From positions 1-64,000 of the forward strand of contig JAEOTZ010000014.1 in assembly GCA_016839585.1 (NCBI GenBank): a stretch of 64,000 nucleotides of DNA, given 5' to 3'. The notes under the pieces were generated by a model, which did not search any database, was not told the DNA's origin, and saw nothing but the letters and a program-made list of their open reading frames with translations. A program made the position numbers and the translations under genes. Positions 10,150 to 20,699 of this stretch are shown here, in pieces; positions within the stretch are counted from its first letter, which is position 1, and every line of letters starts with the position of its first letter. The stretch is from Promethearchaeota archaeon. Lineage in GTDB: Archaea; Asgardarchaeota; Lokiarchaeia; Sigyniarchaeales; SOKP01.

Positions 10150-11274
10150 TTATTCAAATTTGTCGAGAAAAATTTCTTTACCAAATTCTGCTGATTCAAT
10201 TGCCGCAAGATTAAATTTTAAAATATATCTTGCCTGCTCCCCTGAAAGTATTGGATTTTTTTTGTTCTTTATAACGTCAATAAAATGGTTTGTAGCATTA
10301 ATAAAACTATATTTCCAATCTTTCTCAAAATCTGTATATGTTTCCACTTTACCATCTCTTATTATTACTATTGGAGCAAATATTTCTGAATCAGACATTT
10401 TATTCCCTATTGAAGTCCCTTGATTAATTTTCATTATCCCACGACTTGCAATAATTTCGATAAACTCATCTGCAGGATAATACTTTGAAGGGATTTCCAT
10501 TTCAGGCATTATAGAAAATTCCATATTTCCATATTGTGGGACTACATGTTCAAAACTTTGTTTGTATTTAAACATTACAAAAGCAGGAGCGTCAAGTCCT
10601 TGATAATTATCTGTCCAAGCAAAAACTTTTTCAATTTCTTCATTAAAAAACCAATGAGCCAATACAAAGTCGTGCCATCCATTATCAAATAAAACTGGTG
10701 AACCCTTTTTCGCACCGCCAACCTTTTCTGGTTGTTTTCTCCATTCTTCCGCACTTGTTGGGATTTTCCAACCTCCTTTCCCACCCATTGCAGTTTTAAT
10801 GCGTATTGACGAGGGATCGCCTATGTAATCTTGTTCTAGTAATTCTTTAGCTCTTTTAATATGAGGAGCAAATAGAAAATTCTCATAGATTGAGAGAATT
10901 GATCCAGATTTCTCACATGCATTAATCATGGCATCTGCTTGATCCAATGTCAGAGCCATTGGCTTTTGAACTGAAATACCTTTAATATTTTGTTCAGCAG
11001 CATAAATTGTTGCTTCAGCGTGTAAATGATGAGGTAAAAGTATCTCAACAATATCTATATCTTTCTTATCCAACATTTCCCTATAGTCAGAATAAATAGG
11101 TATATTCTCGTCTAAGTTGAATTTTTTCACTTTTTCCTTCGCTTTAGCAATAGTTCTATTACATAAACAAGTGATTTTCACATCTGGATTATTTAAATAT
11201 CCTAAGACATTCAAGTCAAAAATAACTCCACATCCAATTATCCCTGCTCTAAGCATAACATTTAGTAAAGTCAT
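10150..11274 (-). CDS. Gfo/Idh/MocA NAD(P)-dependent oxidoreductase
   Basis: RAGIIGCG, LPHHLH, QKPMA, FDNGWH. Confidence 0.88.
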   Translation of the reverse strand: MTLLNVMLRAGIIGCGVIFDLNVLGYLNNPDVKITCLCNRTIAKAKEKVKKFNLDENIPIYSDYREMLDKKDIDIVEILLPHHLHAEATIYAAEQNIKGISVQKPMALTLDQADAMINACEKSGSILSIYENFLFAPHIKRAKELLEQDYIGDPSSIRIKTAMGGKGGWKIPTSAEEWRKQPEKVGGAKKGSPVLFDNGWHDFVLAHWFFNEEIEKVFAWTDNYQGLDAPAFVMFKYKQSFEHVVPQYGNMEFSIMPEMEIPSKYYPADEFIEIIASRGIMKINQGTSIGNKMSDSEIFAPIVIIRDGKVETYTDFEKDWKYSFINATNHFIDVIKNKKNPILSGEQARYILKFNLAAIESAEFGKEIFLDKFE

Positions 11275-11349
11275 TAATTAAATTTATATAATCTCTATTT
11301 GTAAAAATATTAACTTTAAAAGTTATGATCGAAAAGAAAGATTTTCATC

Positions 11350-12258
11350 ATGAATATACAATTACTTCATTTTTTAGAAGAGTTTTTCGCAAATAGCAAA
11401 CTCAATCGTTTACCTGAGAATTATGGAGGAGGAAGGATTTTTTCTTCTCCCTTAATTGGTGTCGTAAGAGGAGATGATCCAATTTTCCAAAAATTCAAAG
11501 AAGTTGTAGGTCCAGAACACCTAACACCAACAGAGTTATGGTTAGCTTGTGGACAGAACTCAATCCCATCATCGCAGCTTCGCATAATTTCGACAGTTTT
11601 CCCCTATGTAAAAAAAATTAGGGATGAAGGTCAAGACCCAATAGTTCTATCAAAAATGATTTTGCCTGCAGAAATTTATTCTGTTGGACGTAATTATGCA
11701 AATCCATTTAAGAAAGAAACCTGCAGACAAATAATTAAATTCTTTAAAAATAATGGATATAATGCTGTAGCAGGAATGTTGAGCGAAGTTTTCACTATTA
11801 TTACGAAAGGAAATTTTTATTCTAATTGGTCTGAACGACATATTGCATTCGCAGCTGGACTTGGAACTTTTAGTTTACATGAAGGATTAATAACAGAAGT
11901 AGGATGCAATATTAGGTTAGCTTCTGTTGTTACTGATGCTCCCCTCGAAATAACTCTTAGAAAAAGTGATGATCCATATGCAAACTGCTTATATTATGTT
12001 GATGATAATCGTAAAGAGTGTGTGGAAAAATGCCCCGCTAAAGCTATAACAAAAAATGGACATGATAAGATAAAATGTTATAATTATATGCAGAAAGTAG
12101 CCAGAAAAATGATTTCCCGTACTGAGCAAATATTAAAGCCCCATATTCGTCGCGTCAATAGTAAACAGAGACCCCCAGTCTTACCTGTTGGTTGTGCATT
12201 ATGTCAGTTTGGAGTTCCTTGTATGGATAAAAATCCAATGGCCAGCGAAGAGAAGTAA
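11350..12258 (+). CDS. Epoxyqueuosine reductase (QueG)-like cobalamin/4Fe-4S protein
   Basis: WSERHIAFAAGLG, G..IRLASVVT, C..KCPAKAI, GCALCQFGVPC. Confidence 0.7.
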   Translation: MNIQLLHFLEEFFANSKLNRLPENYGGGRIFSSPLIGVVRGDDPIFQKFKEVVGPEHLTPTELWLACGQNSIPSSQLRIISTVFPYVKKIRDEGQDPIVLSKMILPAEIYSVGRNYANPFKKETCRQIIKFFKNNGYNAVAGMLSEVFTIITKGNFYSNWSERHIAFAAGLGTFSLHEGLITEVGCNIRLASVVTDAPLEITLRKSDDPYANCLYYVDDNRKECVEKCPAKAITKNGHDKIKCYNYMQKVARKMISRTEQILKPHIRRVNSKQRPPVLPVGCALCQFGVPCMDKNPMASEEK

Positions 12259-12311
12259 TTCTCTAATTTTTTATTCAAAAAATTAAAATTTAAGAGTATT
12301 AATAATTAAAA

Positions 12312-13979
12312 ATGATCTTAGAAAAAAAAAATTTAGATCCAATTAAGGCTTATGAACGGGCATTGTATCTTGGTTGTAGTTATTCTTATGAAGATTTAGC
12401 AAAACCTAGAATAGCTATAGTAAATTCATGGAATGAAATCAATCCCGGGCATATTCATTTAAGAAAACTAAGTCAATTTGTTAAAGAAGGAGTTAAAGAA
12501 GCTGGAGGTACTCCAATGGAATTTAATACAATTGCTTCTTGTGATGGAATAGCAAATTCGGGAAATTATTCAAAATATATTTTACCGTCGCGAGAAATAA
12601 TAGCTGCATCCATAGAATGTACAATAAAGGCATATAACTTTGATGGAATGGTAATGCTATGTTCTTGTGATAAAATCATTCCAGGAATGCTATTAGCCGC
12701 TGTTAGATGCAATATCCCTACAATTTTCTTAACTGGAGGGATTATGAAGGCAAAAATATTCGAGGATGGTCCTCTTAAAGGAAAAACCTATGTAACATCT
12801 GATATTAAGGAAGCGATTGGTGAATATAAAGTAGGGAAATTAACTAAAGAAGAATTTTTCCTAATTGAATCACAAACATGCTGTTCACCTGGGGCTTGTA
12901 ACTTGATGGGAACGGCAAATACAATGGCATGTATAGTAGAAGCTATGGGTTTATCTTTACCAGGTTGTGCTACAATGGGTGCTATCAGTAAAGAAAAGGA
13001 AGATTTAAGTAAAGATACAGGAAAAAAAATAATAAAGTTAGTTAAAGATAACATAAAAGCTTTGGACATTATTACTCACTCCTCCATTGAAAATGGAATT
13101 AAAGTTGCATTATCCTTTGGTGGTTCAACTAATATGATTCTTCATATGTGTGCCTTATCCCACGAACTTGGCGGAGATTTAAATCATTTTGATTTTGATA
13201 GATTGAGTAAATCGATACCGCTATTGGCAAAATTCAAACCCGCATCTGAATATAATCTTACTGAATTTCATGATGTCGGTGGTGTTCAAGTCTTAATGAA
13301 AAAATTATCCAGTCTTTTGGATTTATCAACTAAAACTGTATTAAATTTAACCTTGAATGGAGCACTCGAGAATGTTGATATATATGATTATCAAATTATT
13401 CGAAATTTAGATGATCCAATAGAAAAAGAAGGGGGGATTGCTGTATTAAAAGGAAATTTGGCCCCAGAGGGAGCAGTTGTGAAACAGAGTGCATTAAGCC
13501 TAAAAATGAAATATCATAAAGGTCCAGCTAAAGTTTTTGAATGTGAAGAAGATGTAAAAAATGCGCTAATGTCAGATAAAGTACAAGAGGGGGACGTTCT
13601 AGTTATTAGATATGAAGGTCCTAAAGGATCTCCAGGAATGAGGGAATTATCTATACCTGCAGCAATTCTTGTAGGTATGGGGCTAGGTGATTCTGTAGCA
13701 ATGATAACAGATGGACGATATTCGGGAGCAACGAGAGGCCCTTGCATTGGTCATGTTTGCCCTGAAGCAATTGAGGGAGGTCCCATAGCAATTGTACAAG
13801 ATGGAGATATTATCGAAATTGATATTAAGAATCGAAAATTGAATTTATTAATTATAGATAAAGAAATAGATCAGAGATTACGAAATTGGACTAAGCCAGA
13901 GCCAAGAATTACAACTGGATATTTAAATACATATAGAAAAATTGTAAGTTCTGCTAAAGTTGGAGCTTACTTTAAATAA
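12312..13979 (+). CDS. ilvD: Dihydroxy-acid dehydratase (IlvD/Edd family)
   Basis: [51 protein letters not shown]. Confidence 0.9.
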   Translation: MILEKKNLDPIKAYERALYLGCSYSYEDLAKPRIAIVNSWNEINPGHIHLRKLSQFVKEGVKEAGGTPMEFNTIASCDGIANSGNYSKYILPSREIIAASIECTIKAYNFDGMVMLCSCDKIIPGMLLAAVRCNIPTIFLTGGIMKAKIFEDGPLKGKTYVTSDIKEAIGEYKVGKLTKEEFFLIESQTCCSPGACNLMGTANTMACIVEAMGLSLPGCATMGAISKEKEDLSKDTGKKIIKLVKDNIKALDIITHSSIENGIKVALSFGGSTNMILHMCALSHELGGDLNHFDFDRLSKSIPLLAKFKPASEYNLTEFHDVGGVQVLMKKLSSLLDLSTKTVLNLTLNGALENVDIYDYQIIRNLDDPIEKEGGIAVLKGNLAPEGAVVKQSALSLKMKYHKGPAKVFECEEDVKNALMSDKVQEGDVLVIRYEGPKGSPGMRELSIPAAILVGMGLGDSVAMITDGRYSGATRGPCIGHVCPEAIEGGPIAIVQDGDIIEIDIKNRKLNLLIIDKEIDQRLRNWTKPEPRITTGYLNTYRKIVSSAKVGAYFK

Positions 13980-14000
13980 AAACAAATTTGATTTTTTAAA

Positions 14001-15155
14001 ATGATTGAAGAAAAACGTATAAGAGAGAATTTGTCAGCTTTTTCTTTTCCAAGATTATCTGGTACTGAATTTGAGAAAAAAAGTTTTAATTTAGCCAAAC
14101 AAAAGATTGAAGATTTAAATCTTACACCTTCAGTTCAAAAATTTTCCTTCAGTACGTTTTACTCAAGAATTTATCCTAAATTTAGTTTAATTTTACTATT
14201 TTGGCTTCATTTTACCTTATTTTTCAATATCTATTGGGTTTTTACATTGTTAAGTCTAATTTTAACCTTAATGATGCTTCTGGTATTAATTTTTATTACA
14301 AGAAATCCAGAAAAAATACAATTTGGAAAGATACTTAATTCTCAAAATTTATATATAAAATTACCCTCGAAATCTATTGATAAAAATATAAGCAAAAAAA
14401 ATCATAAGAATATTCTACTTTTTTCTCACTTAGATTCAAAAGGACAATTACTATCTATAAAATTTAGAATACAATCATATTTTATTTGGTTCTTTTCCTT
14501 TACTTTTGGGATTTTAATTAATACACTTAATTCTCTCATCTTTATGGGGGCATTCTTATGGCTTCTTATTATAGGAGCAATAATTTTAGGGATAAATTTA
14601 ATCTCAACAATTATTATTACAATTAACTTTACAAATAATAAATCTAAGGGAGCTATAGATAACGCATCGGGAGTTTCTTGTGTATTAGAATTATTAAGAT
14701 ATTATTTGAAACCAGAATTCAGATTAGATAATTTTAATTTATGGTTTGTTTTTACAGGAGCAGAAGAGTCTGGTACAATGGGAATAAGAAATTTTTATAA
14801 GGTTATAAAAGACTTCGATAGAGAAAGAACATATATTATTAATTTTGATGGAATAGCAAAAAGATTTATTCTATATGATCATGGTCTCCTTAATAATAAA
14901 AATTATAAGGCTTATAATTTTATTTTTGAAAATAAGGACATAATGAGAATGGAAAGGGCACATAAAATTTATATTGGCACATACAGCGACGGATTATTTC
15001 TTTTGAATAAAAATTTCCAAGGACTTGGAGCAGGTGATAAAAGTGGGCAAATGTATGTACATTCTATAAATGATACCATTGATAAAATAGATCCTAAAGT
15101 TTTGAAAAAACTCTGTCAATTTATAACAATTCTTTTAAAAGATATTGATAAGTAA
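14001..15155 (+). CDS. M28-family metallopeptidase with inserted TM hairpins
   Basis: HLDS, GAIDNASG, AEE.G..G and HS..D motifs interrupted by two hydrophobic hairpins. Confidence 0.75.
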   Translation: MIEEKRIRENLSAFSFPRLSGTEFEKKSFNLAKQKIEDLNLTPSVQKFSFSTFYSRIYPKFSLILLFWLHFTLFFNIYWVFTLLSLILTLMMLLVLIFITRNPEKIQFGKILNSQNLYIKLPSKSIDKNISKKNHKNILLFSHLDSKGQLLSIKFRIQSYFIWFFSFTFGILINTLNSLIFMGAFLWLLIIGAIILGINLISTIIITINFTNNKSKGAIDNASGVSCVLELLRYYLKPEFRLDNFNLWFVFTGAEESGTMGIRNFYKVIKDFDRERTYIINFDGIAKRFILYDHGLLNNKNYKAYNFIFENKDIMRMERAHKIYIGTYSDGLFLLNKNFQGLGAGDKSGQMYVHSINDTIDKIDPKVLKKLCQFITILLKDIDK

Positions 15156-15182
15156 CTTAAAATTAAAAAATGTGGATTAACA

Positions 15183-16724
15183 ATCCAATTCCAGAATAAA
15201 GATTTAGGAACTGTTATTACCCCTCTATTAACAGCTAAGTATATTATATCAAGGTTAGGCCAGATTAATGAGGGACAAAAAATATTAGACCCATGTGTAG
15301 GATCTGGTATTTTTGTTGAAGAGTTATTAGAATTTGGGGTTAACAAAAATCAAATTTTTACTTATGATATCAATCCAAGTTATAAAGATGACATAGAAAA
15401 ACTAGGAGTATCGTTTCAAACACATGATACTCTTTTATCATTATATCCTGATTCTTATAGCGAATTTGATATTATTGTTGGTAATCCTCCATACTTGAAT
15501 AAAGCAAGTGAATACGTTCGAAAAAATAAATTAAAATTAAAAAAAATCTATGGAAAGATAAATGCTCATGAAACTTATTCAATGTTTATAGTAAACAGTA
15601 TATGGCGTTTAAAGAAAGGAGGAAAATTAGGATTTATTACTAGCGATTCTTTTTTAACTTTAAGTACTCATAAAAAGTTAAGAAAGTTCATACTTGATAA
15701 TTGTATCATAAATGAAATCCTACTAGCACCAAAATATTTATTTTCTAATCAAAAAGTGAGTACAAATCCAGTAATACTCATTCTAACAAAATATCCCGGA
15801 GAAAAATTCAAGAAAAGCAGACAAGAAAATCTAATGAGAATTATACCAAGAATAAATAATGAACAAGAATATTTGAAACCTAAAAATGTAAGGGAAATTA
15901 AACAAATAAAATATAACTCATTACCCTTTAACATCTTTTTTATCGATGTTGAAGATCAAATAATTGAGTTATTTGATAAAGCACCAAGATTAAAGAATTT
16001 TGTTAAAGGTTGTATTGGAATGCACACTCATGATAATAGAAAATATATTGCTGCTATTGAGAATACTGAATTGGCAGATATTTTTAGAAAACGGAATAAA
16101 AAAATTATAAATCAAGAAAATAAATATAAAGTTATTTCACAAGATTCTTTAAAATCTAAAGATTGGAAACCCTATCTGAAACGCGGTGGTTCAGATCAAT
16201 ATTTTAGAGCAATAATGGAAGCTTTAGATTGGAATGCTGATTCGATCAGTCAGTACGATATTCCCATAAATGTTTCCTTTGAAAAAGAAGGAATAGTTAT
16301 TAGCGGTATTAGTTCAAGATTAGCTGCTCGCTACATGCCCAAAGGATGCTATTGGGATTCTAATAAAGCTATAGGATTTTATATAATCGATAATTCCATC
16401 TCTATAGAATATATCTTAGGGTTATTAAATAGCTCCCTTAATAATTATCTTATGAAAGGGATTATTAATAACACAAATAGTATACAAATATCTGGAATAC
16501 ACGCATTACCTTTTATTATTCCGGACAACGATGTTAGAGAAAAAGTAGAAAAGTTAGTTAAAAAGATAATTAAAAATAAAAAACAAGACTTAAACTATGA
16601 TTATATTATAGAACAAAAAGAAATAGATGAAATCATTTTTAATTTCTATAAAAATAAGTTTAATTTTTCTGAACAATTAAGAAATAAATTAGACAATGAA
16701 TACTCAATTTATAAAAAAAATTAA
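15183..16724 (+). CDS. N6-adenine DNA methyltransferase (TaqI/Eco57I-M-like); N-terminus extends about 104 codons upstream of the ORF-track start; start codon uncertain (ATC 15183 or ATT 15162)
   Basis: Open in-frame upstream segment encodes GTVITP (motif X), LDPCVGSG (motif I, 15285-15308) and IVGNPPY (motif IV, NPPY 15483-15494); C-terminal YILGLLNS...ALPF TaqI-C-like region. Confidence 0.8.
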   Translation: MQFQNKDLGTVITPLLTAKYIISRLGQINEGQKILDPCVGSGIFVEELLEFGVNKNQIFTYDINPSYKDDIEKLGVSFQTHDTLLSLYPDSYSEFDIIVGNPPYLNKASEYVRKNKLKLKKIYGKINAHETYSMFIVNSIWRLKKGGKLGFITSDSFLTLSTHKKLRKFILDNCIINEILLAPKYLFSNQKVSTNPVILILTKYPGEKFKKSRQENLMRIIPRINNEQEYLKPKNVREIKQIKYNSLPFNIFFIDVEDQIIELFDKAPRLKNFVKGCIGMHTHDNRKYIAAIENTELADIFRKRNKKIINQENKYKVISQDSLKSKDWKPYLKRGGSDQYFRAIMEALDWNADSISQYDIPINVSFEKEGIVISGISSRLAARYMPKGCYWDSNKAIGFYIIDNSISIEYILGLLNSSLNNYLMKGIINNTNSIQISGIHALPFIIPDNDVREKVEKLVKKIIKNKKQDLNYDYIIEQKEIDEIIFNFYKNKFNFSEQLRNKLDNEYSIYKKN

Positions 16725-16737
16725 AAAAAACATAATT

Positions 16738-16950
16738 TTATCGATTTTTTACTTTGGAATTGGAATGAGCATATAATTTTTTCGTTTCTATAGCAAATTT
16801 TGCTTCTTTTCCTAGTAGAAATCCAAAAAGAATACCTAAACTCGAAGCAAGTATTAGTAAAAAATAACTACCGGTAGTATTAAACCAGTAAATCCCTAAA
16901 ATTAAACCCAAACTAGATAATAAAAATATTATTAAAGTTTTTATAATCAA
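16738..16950 (-). CDS. Small two-TM hypothetical membrane protein
   Basis: 70-aa ORF filling an intergenic gap, two hydrophobic segments. Confidence 0.5.
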   Translation of the reverse strand: MIIKTLIIFLLSSLGLILGIYWFNTTGSYFLLILASSLGILFGFLLGKEAKFAIETKKLYAHSNSKVKNR

Positions 16951-17130
16951 GATTTTCCACCTAAAGTATCTTTATAAAATTTAACTAAATAAAATTAATC
17001 AAGGTTTTTCTCATACAATATAGACTCTTGGTAAATTTCACTTTTAAATTTAAAGAAAAACGAATAATATAATTATTTAAAAAAATAAAGAATATTATTA
17101 TAATAGAAATTATTGAAAGGAGGTTTAATC

Positions 17131-17343
17131 TTGCCAATAGTACATATAAATGTTTGGAAAGGTTTTGGAGAAGAAAGAGTAAAGACTTTAATTGAAAAGA
17201 TTACCCAAGTTTTCGTAGATTTAGGTGTCCCTCAACATGCTGTAGAAGTAATTGTCCACGAGATTCCAAGAACACACTGGGGTGTCGGCGGAGAGCAAGC
17301 TTCTGTAAAATTCAAGGACCAATATCTAACAGAAGCTCAATAA
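17131..17343 (+). CDS. 4-oxalocrotonate tautomerase family protein
   Basis: TTG at 17131 after AAAGGAGGT gives (M)PIVHINVW with catalytic Pro-1; C-terminal HWGVGG. Confidence 0.85.
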   Translation: MPIVHINVWKGFGEERVKTLIEKITQVFVDLGVPQHAVEVIVHEIPRTHWGVGGEQASVKFKDQYLTEAQ

Positions 17344-17367
17344 AAGTTAAAAATAAAAGTTTGATTT

Positions 17368-19185
17368 TTAAAGCTTCTCGCCTTTAATATCTTCCTCATA
17401 CTTCTTCCTTCGCTCTAATAAGTATTCTGGAATAGTCACATCCCAAAACCCAATTGCGGGACTCCCAGTGTAAGGAAAAGTGCGATTTACCAAGATTTCT
17501 ATTACTGCGGGTTTCTTTGAATCAGTAGCTCTTTCAAGTGCGGGAATTATCTCTTCTTTTTTAGAAATTCTTTGAGAATAACAACCAAACGCTTCACCGA
17601 TTTTAGCAAAATGAGGAGAATAGGGATCACCGTCTTTATTATAAAAAGCTGTACCATAGCTTCTATCTTCACCAAAAGCAGTTTGTTGTAAGTCCTTTAT
17701 TGCAATCCAGCCATAATTATTCAATACTATAAAGAATATATTGGTTAATCCTAGTTGAACAGCAACAGATAATTCCGATATTGTCATCATAAAATCTCCA
17801 TCACCAACTAAAGCTACAACTTGATGATCTGGTTTTCCAATATCTATTAAACCTAATTTAGCCCCAATTGCTGCTGGAACACTATACCCCATCGTAGAGA
17901 ATCCACCCGCAGTGAGACATGTTTTAGGTTCATAAAACTCTAATTCTTGAATCATCTGAGCTTGAACATTTCCAGAGCTGGTTACTATTACAGCATCTCT
18001 ATCAAAAAATTTCCTAATTTCTTTTAAAACTGTCGAAATCATTACAGGTACCTTTGTATCATCCCGATGTTTATCAAGGAACTCAAACCACCTTTTCTTC
18101 TCTTCTTGTATTTCTTTAAAATAGTTTGTATTCTCATAATTATTTTCATAATCTCTTAATTCATCAATAATTTGCCTTAAACAAGCTTTTGCATCCCCAA
18201 CGATACCAACAGTATTGGGATAATTCTTCCCTATTTCATGAGGATCAATATCAATCTGAATCAGTTTTGTAGGAGGGATGGAAAAACTAACACCATTTTT
18301 ATAAGAACTTGCTGTTTGATCTGCAAAACGACATCCAACAGCAAGCAGAACATCAGCGGTAGAAGTCATCTTTAACCCAACTGTTGTTCCTTTGCTACCA
18401 GTACTCCAAGCAAATAGAGGGTGGTCATTAGGAAATGCTGATTTTGCCATCATTGTGACGACCACAGCAGCACCAATTTTCTCTACTAACTCTTTTACTT
18501 CATCAAATGCTTCTGATGATATAACTCCACCACCTAACAATAATACTGGTCTTTTTGCGTTTTTAATTAGTTGTACAGCTTTCTTTATTAACTCAGGATC
18601 GCCTCTTATGCGTCCAATAGATCTTCTCTCTTGTGGTTCTGGAATTTCTACTTCGATAGAATTTGCTTGTATATCCATGGGAAGATCTATCACCACAGGA
18701 CCTTTACGTCCTGACAACATTTGATTAAATGCTCGTTGCATTATTGTTGGTAATTGTCCCACAGAACTCACCTGCCAGCTTCTTTTTACGATAGGTTCTA
18801 AAATTCTTGGCATATCTGAATCTCTTTTTCGTTCAATTTCCTGTAAAACACCTTTTCCTCTCATGTGAACGTGTGTATCCCCTGTGATGACTAAAACAGG
18901 CATACTATCGACGAATGCATCTGATAATCCTATTGCTGTATTTATTGCACCTGGTCCTATTGAAGTAAATACGCAAAGTGGTATATTGCTGATTCTAAAA
19001 TAACCTATTGATAAATGCACAGCACTCATTTCTTGCTTGGGCTGAATTATTTGAATTTTATCCTTATCTTTGAAGAAAGCATCTACAAGAGGAAGATTTC
19101 CGTGCCCAGGGATTCCAATAACATATTTTACTCCTTCTTTTATTAAATATTTGGAGATTATTTCTCCACCAGTATATTCAGGCAT
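17368..19185 (-). CDS. Thiamine-diphosphate enzyme, acetolactate synthase large subunit-like
   Basis: GIPGHG, QEMSA, GPGAIN, MGYSVPAAIG and GDGDF...NN TPP motif. Confidence 0.8.
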   Translation of the reverse strand: MPEYTGGEIISKYLIKEGVKYVIGIPGHGNLPLVDAFFKDKDKIQIIQPKQEMSAVHLSIGYFRISNIPLCVFTSIGPGAINTAIGLSDAFVDSMPVLVITGDTHVHMRGKGVLQEIERKRDSDMPRILEPIVKRSWQVSSVGQLPTIMQRAFNQMLSGRKGPVVIDLPMDIQANSIEVEIPEPQERRSIGRIRGDPELIKKAVQLIKNAKRPVLLLGGGVISSEAFDEVKELVEKIGAAVVVTMMAKSAFPNDHPLFAWSTGSKGTTVGLKMTSTADVLLAVGCRFADQTASSYKNGVSFSIPPTKLIQIDIDPHEIGKNYPNTVGIVGDAKACLRQIIDELRDYENNYENTNYFKEIQEEKKRWFEFLDKHRDDTKVPVMISTVLKEIRKFFDRDAVIVTSSGNVQAQMIQELEFYEPKTCLTAGGFSTMGYSVPAAIGAKLGLIDIGKPDHQVVALVGDGDFMMTISELSVAVQLGLTNIFFIVLNNYGWIAIKDLQQTAFGEDRSYGTAFYNKDGDPYSPHFAKIGEAFGCYSQRISKKEEIIPALERATDSKKPAVIEILVNRTFPYTGSPAIGFWDVTIPEYLLERRKKYEEDIKGEKL

Positions 19186-19364
19186 CTTAAAATCTAATTA
19201 ATTAATAAGTCATTATTAAATATAATTTGATAAACTAAGAATTGATTTAAGTTTGTTTATCATTGAAATAATTTTAAAAATTCATTAATCTCTCTCTTTT
19301 TATAAATTAAATATCAAGATTTAAATTTATATACCATTTTTAGGTATGTTATTCTACTTAGCTG

Positions 19365-20699
19365 ATGGATAAAGTGCCGTCTACTTTAGAAAAGATTCGT
19401 GTCTTAGGAGAGAATTCCAAATATGATATTTGTGCCAGTACTGCTTCCAGTCGTACCGATAAATATCCAAAACTTTTTGGAGATTCAAAAAAATGGATTG
19501 GAGCAACAGATAGTGCCGGAATTTGCCATAGTTATACCCCTGATGGTCAATGCGCAAGTCTTTTCAAAACCCTATACACTAACAAATGTATCTACAATTG
19601 TAAGTACTGTTTTTCTCATAGTTGTAAGCAAAAGATGAGTTTTACACCTGAAGAATATGCTCGTACATTTATGAAACTTTATTCGATGAATGTAGCAGAA
19701 GGTATATTTATTTCATCTGGTGTATGTGGTAGTGCCGATGAAACCACTGAAGAAATGTTGGAAGCAGTTCGACTACTTCGATTCAAATATAACTTTCGTG
19801 GATATGTGCATTTTAAGTGTTTACCTGGTGTGAGTCAATATCTCCTCAAAGAGGCAATAAGTTTATCTGATCGTATTTCAATCAATATGGAAGCTTCCAC
19901 AAAAGATCATCTCGCAGAAATTGCGGAGCAGAAAGATTTTCACAACGATATTATAACCCGACAACGCTGGTTAAAACAGATTCGCATCAAACACAATGAT
20001 GAGACTCTTAAATTAATGAGAGATTTGAAGCAAGACAATCAATTACAATACCAAGAAAGGATTATTAAGGATAGGCGAGAGGATGGGTACAAAAAATTTC
20101 GATGGGACGGTGCTCCAATTCTCAATAGCGGACAAACGACTCAGTTTGTAGTAGGAGCAGCAGAAAATGAGAGTGATTATGATTTACTTAATAGAATTGA
20201 TTGGGGATATCGAGAGATTGATCTAAGGCGTGCTTATTTCTCTTCTTTCATTCCAATCGAAGGAACGCCCTTAGCAAATAAAAAAGCAGCTTCATTAGCA
20301 AGAGAACATCGATTGTATCAAAGTGATTGGCTATTACGGATATATCATTATAATTTAAAAGATTTGAAAGAAATTTTGACCGAAGATGGCAATTTACCTG
20401 AAGGAGATCCGAAAATTCATTTAGCCAGGCACTACTTTAAAGAGCATGGACTTGTAGATCCAAATCAAGCATCTTATCAAGAATTAATAAGAGTTCCTGG
20501 AATAGGACCTATTTCCGCTAAACGAATTATAAACTTGCGATCGAAAAAATTTGTATTTAAACGTCGACAAGATCTAAAATCTGTTGGTGTAGTATTAAAA
20601 CGGGCTGATCCTTTCCTCCTAATAAATGGAGAAAATCAAACTATCATTCATAAATTTATTAATCTTGATGAGAATAAAATTTTGCAAAGAGGGATATAA
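19365..20699 (+). CDS. Putative DNA modification/repair radical SAM protein with C-terminal HhH (TIGR03916-like)
   Basis: SKYDICAS, GICHSYTPDG, CIYNCKYC, REHRLYQSDWLLR, LIRVPGIG. Confidence 0.85.
   Translation: MDKVPSTLEKIRVLGENSKYDICASTASSRTDKYPKLFGDSKKWIGATDSAGICHSYTPDGQCASLFKTLYTNKCIYNCKYCFSHSCKQKMSFTPEEYARTFMKLYSMNVAEGIFISSGVCGSADETTEEMLEAVRLLRFKYNFRGYVHFKCLPGVSQYLLKEAISLSDRISINMEASTKDHLAEIAEQKDFHNDIITRQRWLKQIRIKHNDETLKLMRDLKQDNQLQYQERIIKDRREDGYKKFRWDGAPILNSGQTTQFVVGAAENESDYDLLNRIDWGYREIDLRRAYFSSFIPIEGTPLANKKAASLAREHRLYQSDWLLRIYHYNLKDLKEILTEDGNLPEGDPKIHLARHYFKEHGLVDPNQASYQELIRVPGIGPISAKRIINLRSKKFVFKRRQDLKSVGVVLKRADPFLLINGENQTIIHKFINLDENKILQRGI

Noticed and set aside
19331-19347. ATACC-N7-GGTAT inverted repeat upstream of the radical SAM gene
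   Set aside because: Only 5-bp arms and a single occurrence; compatible with chance
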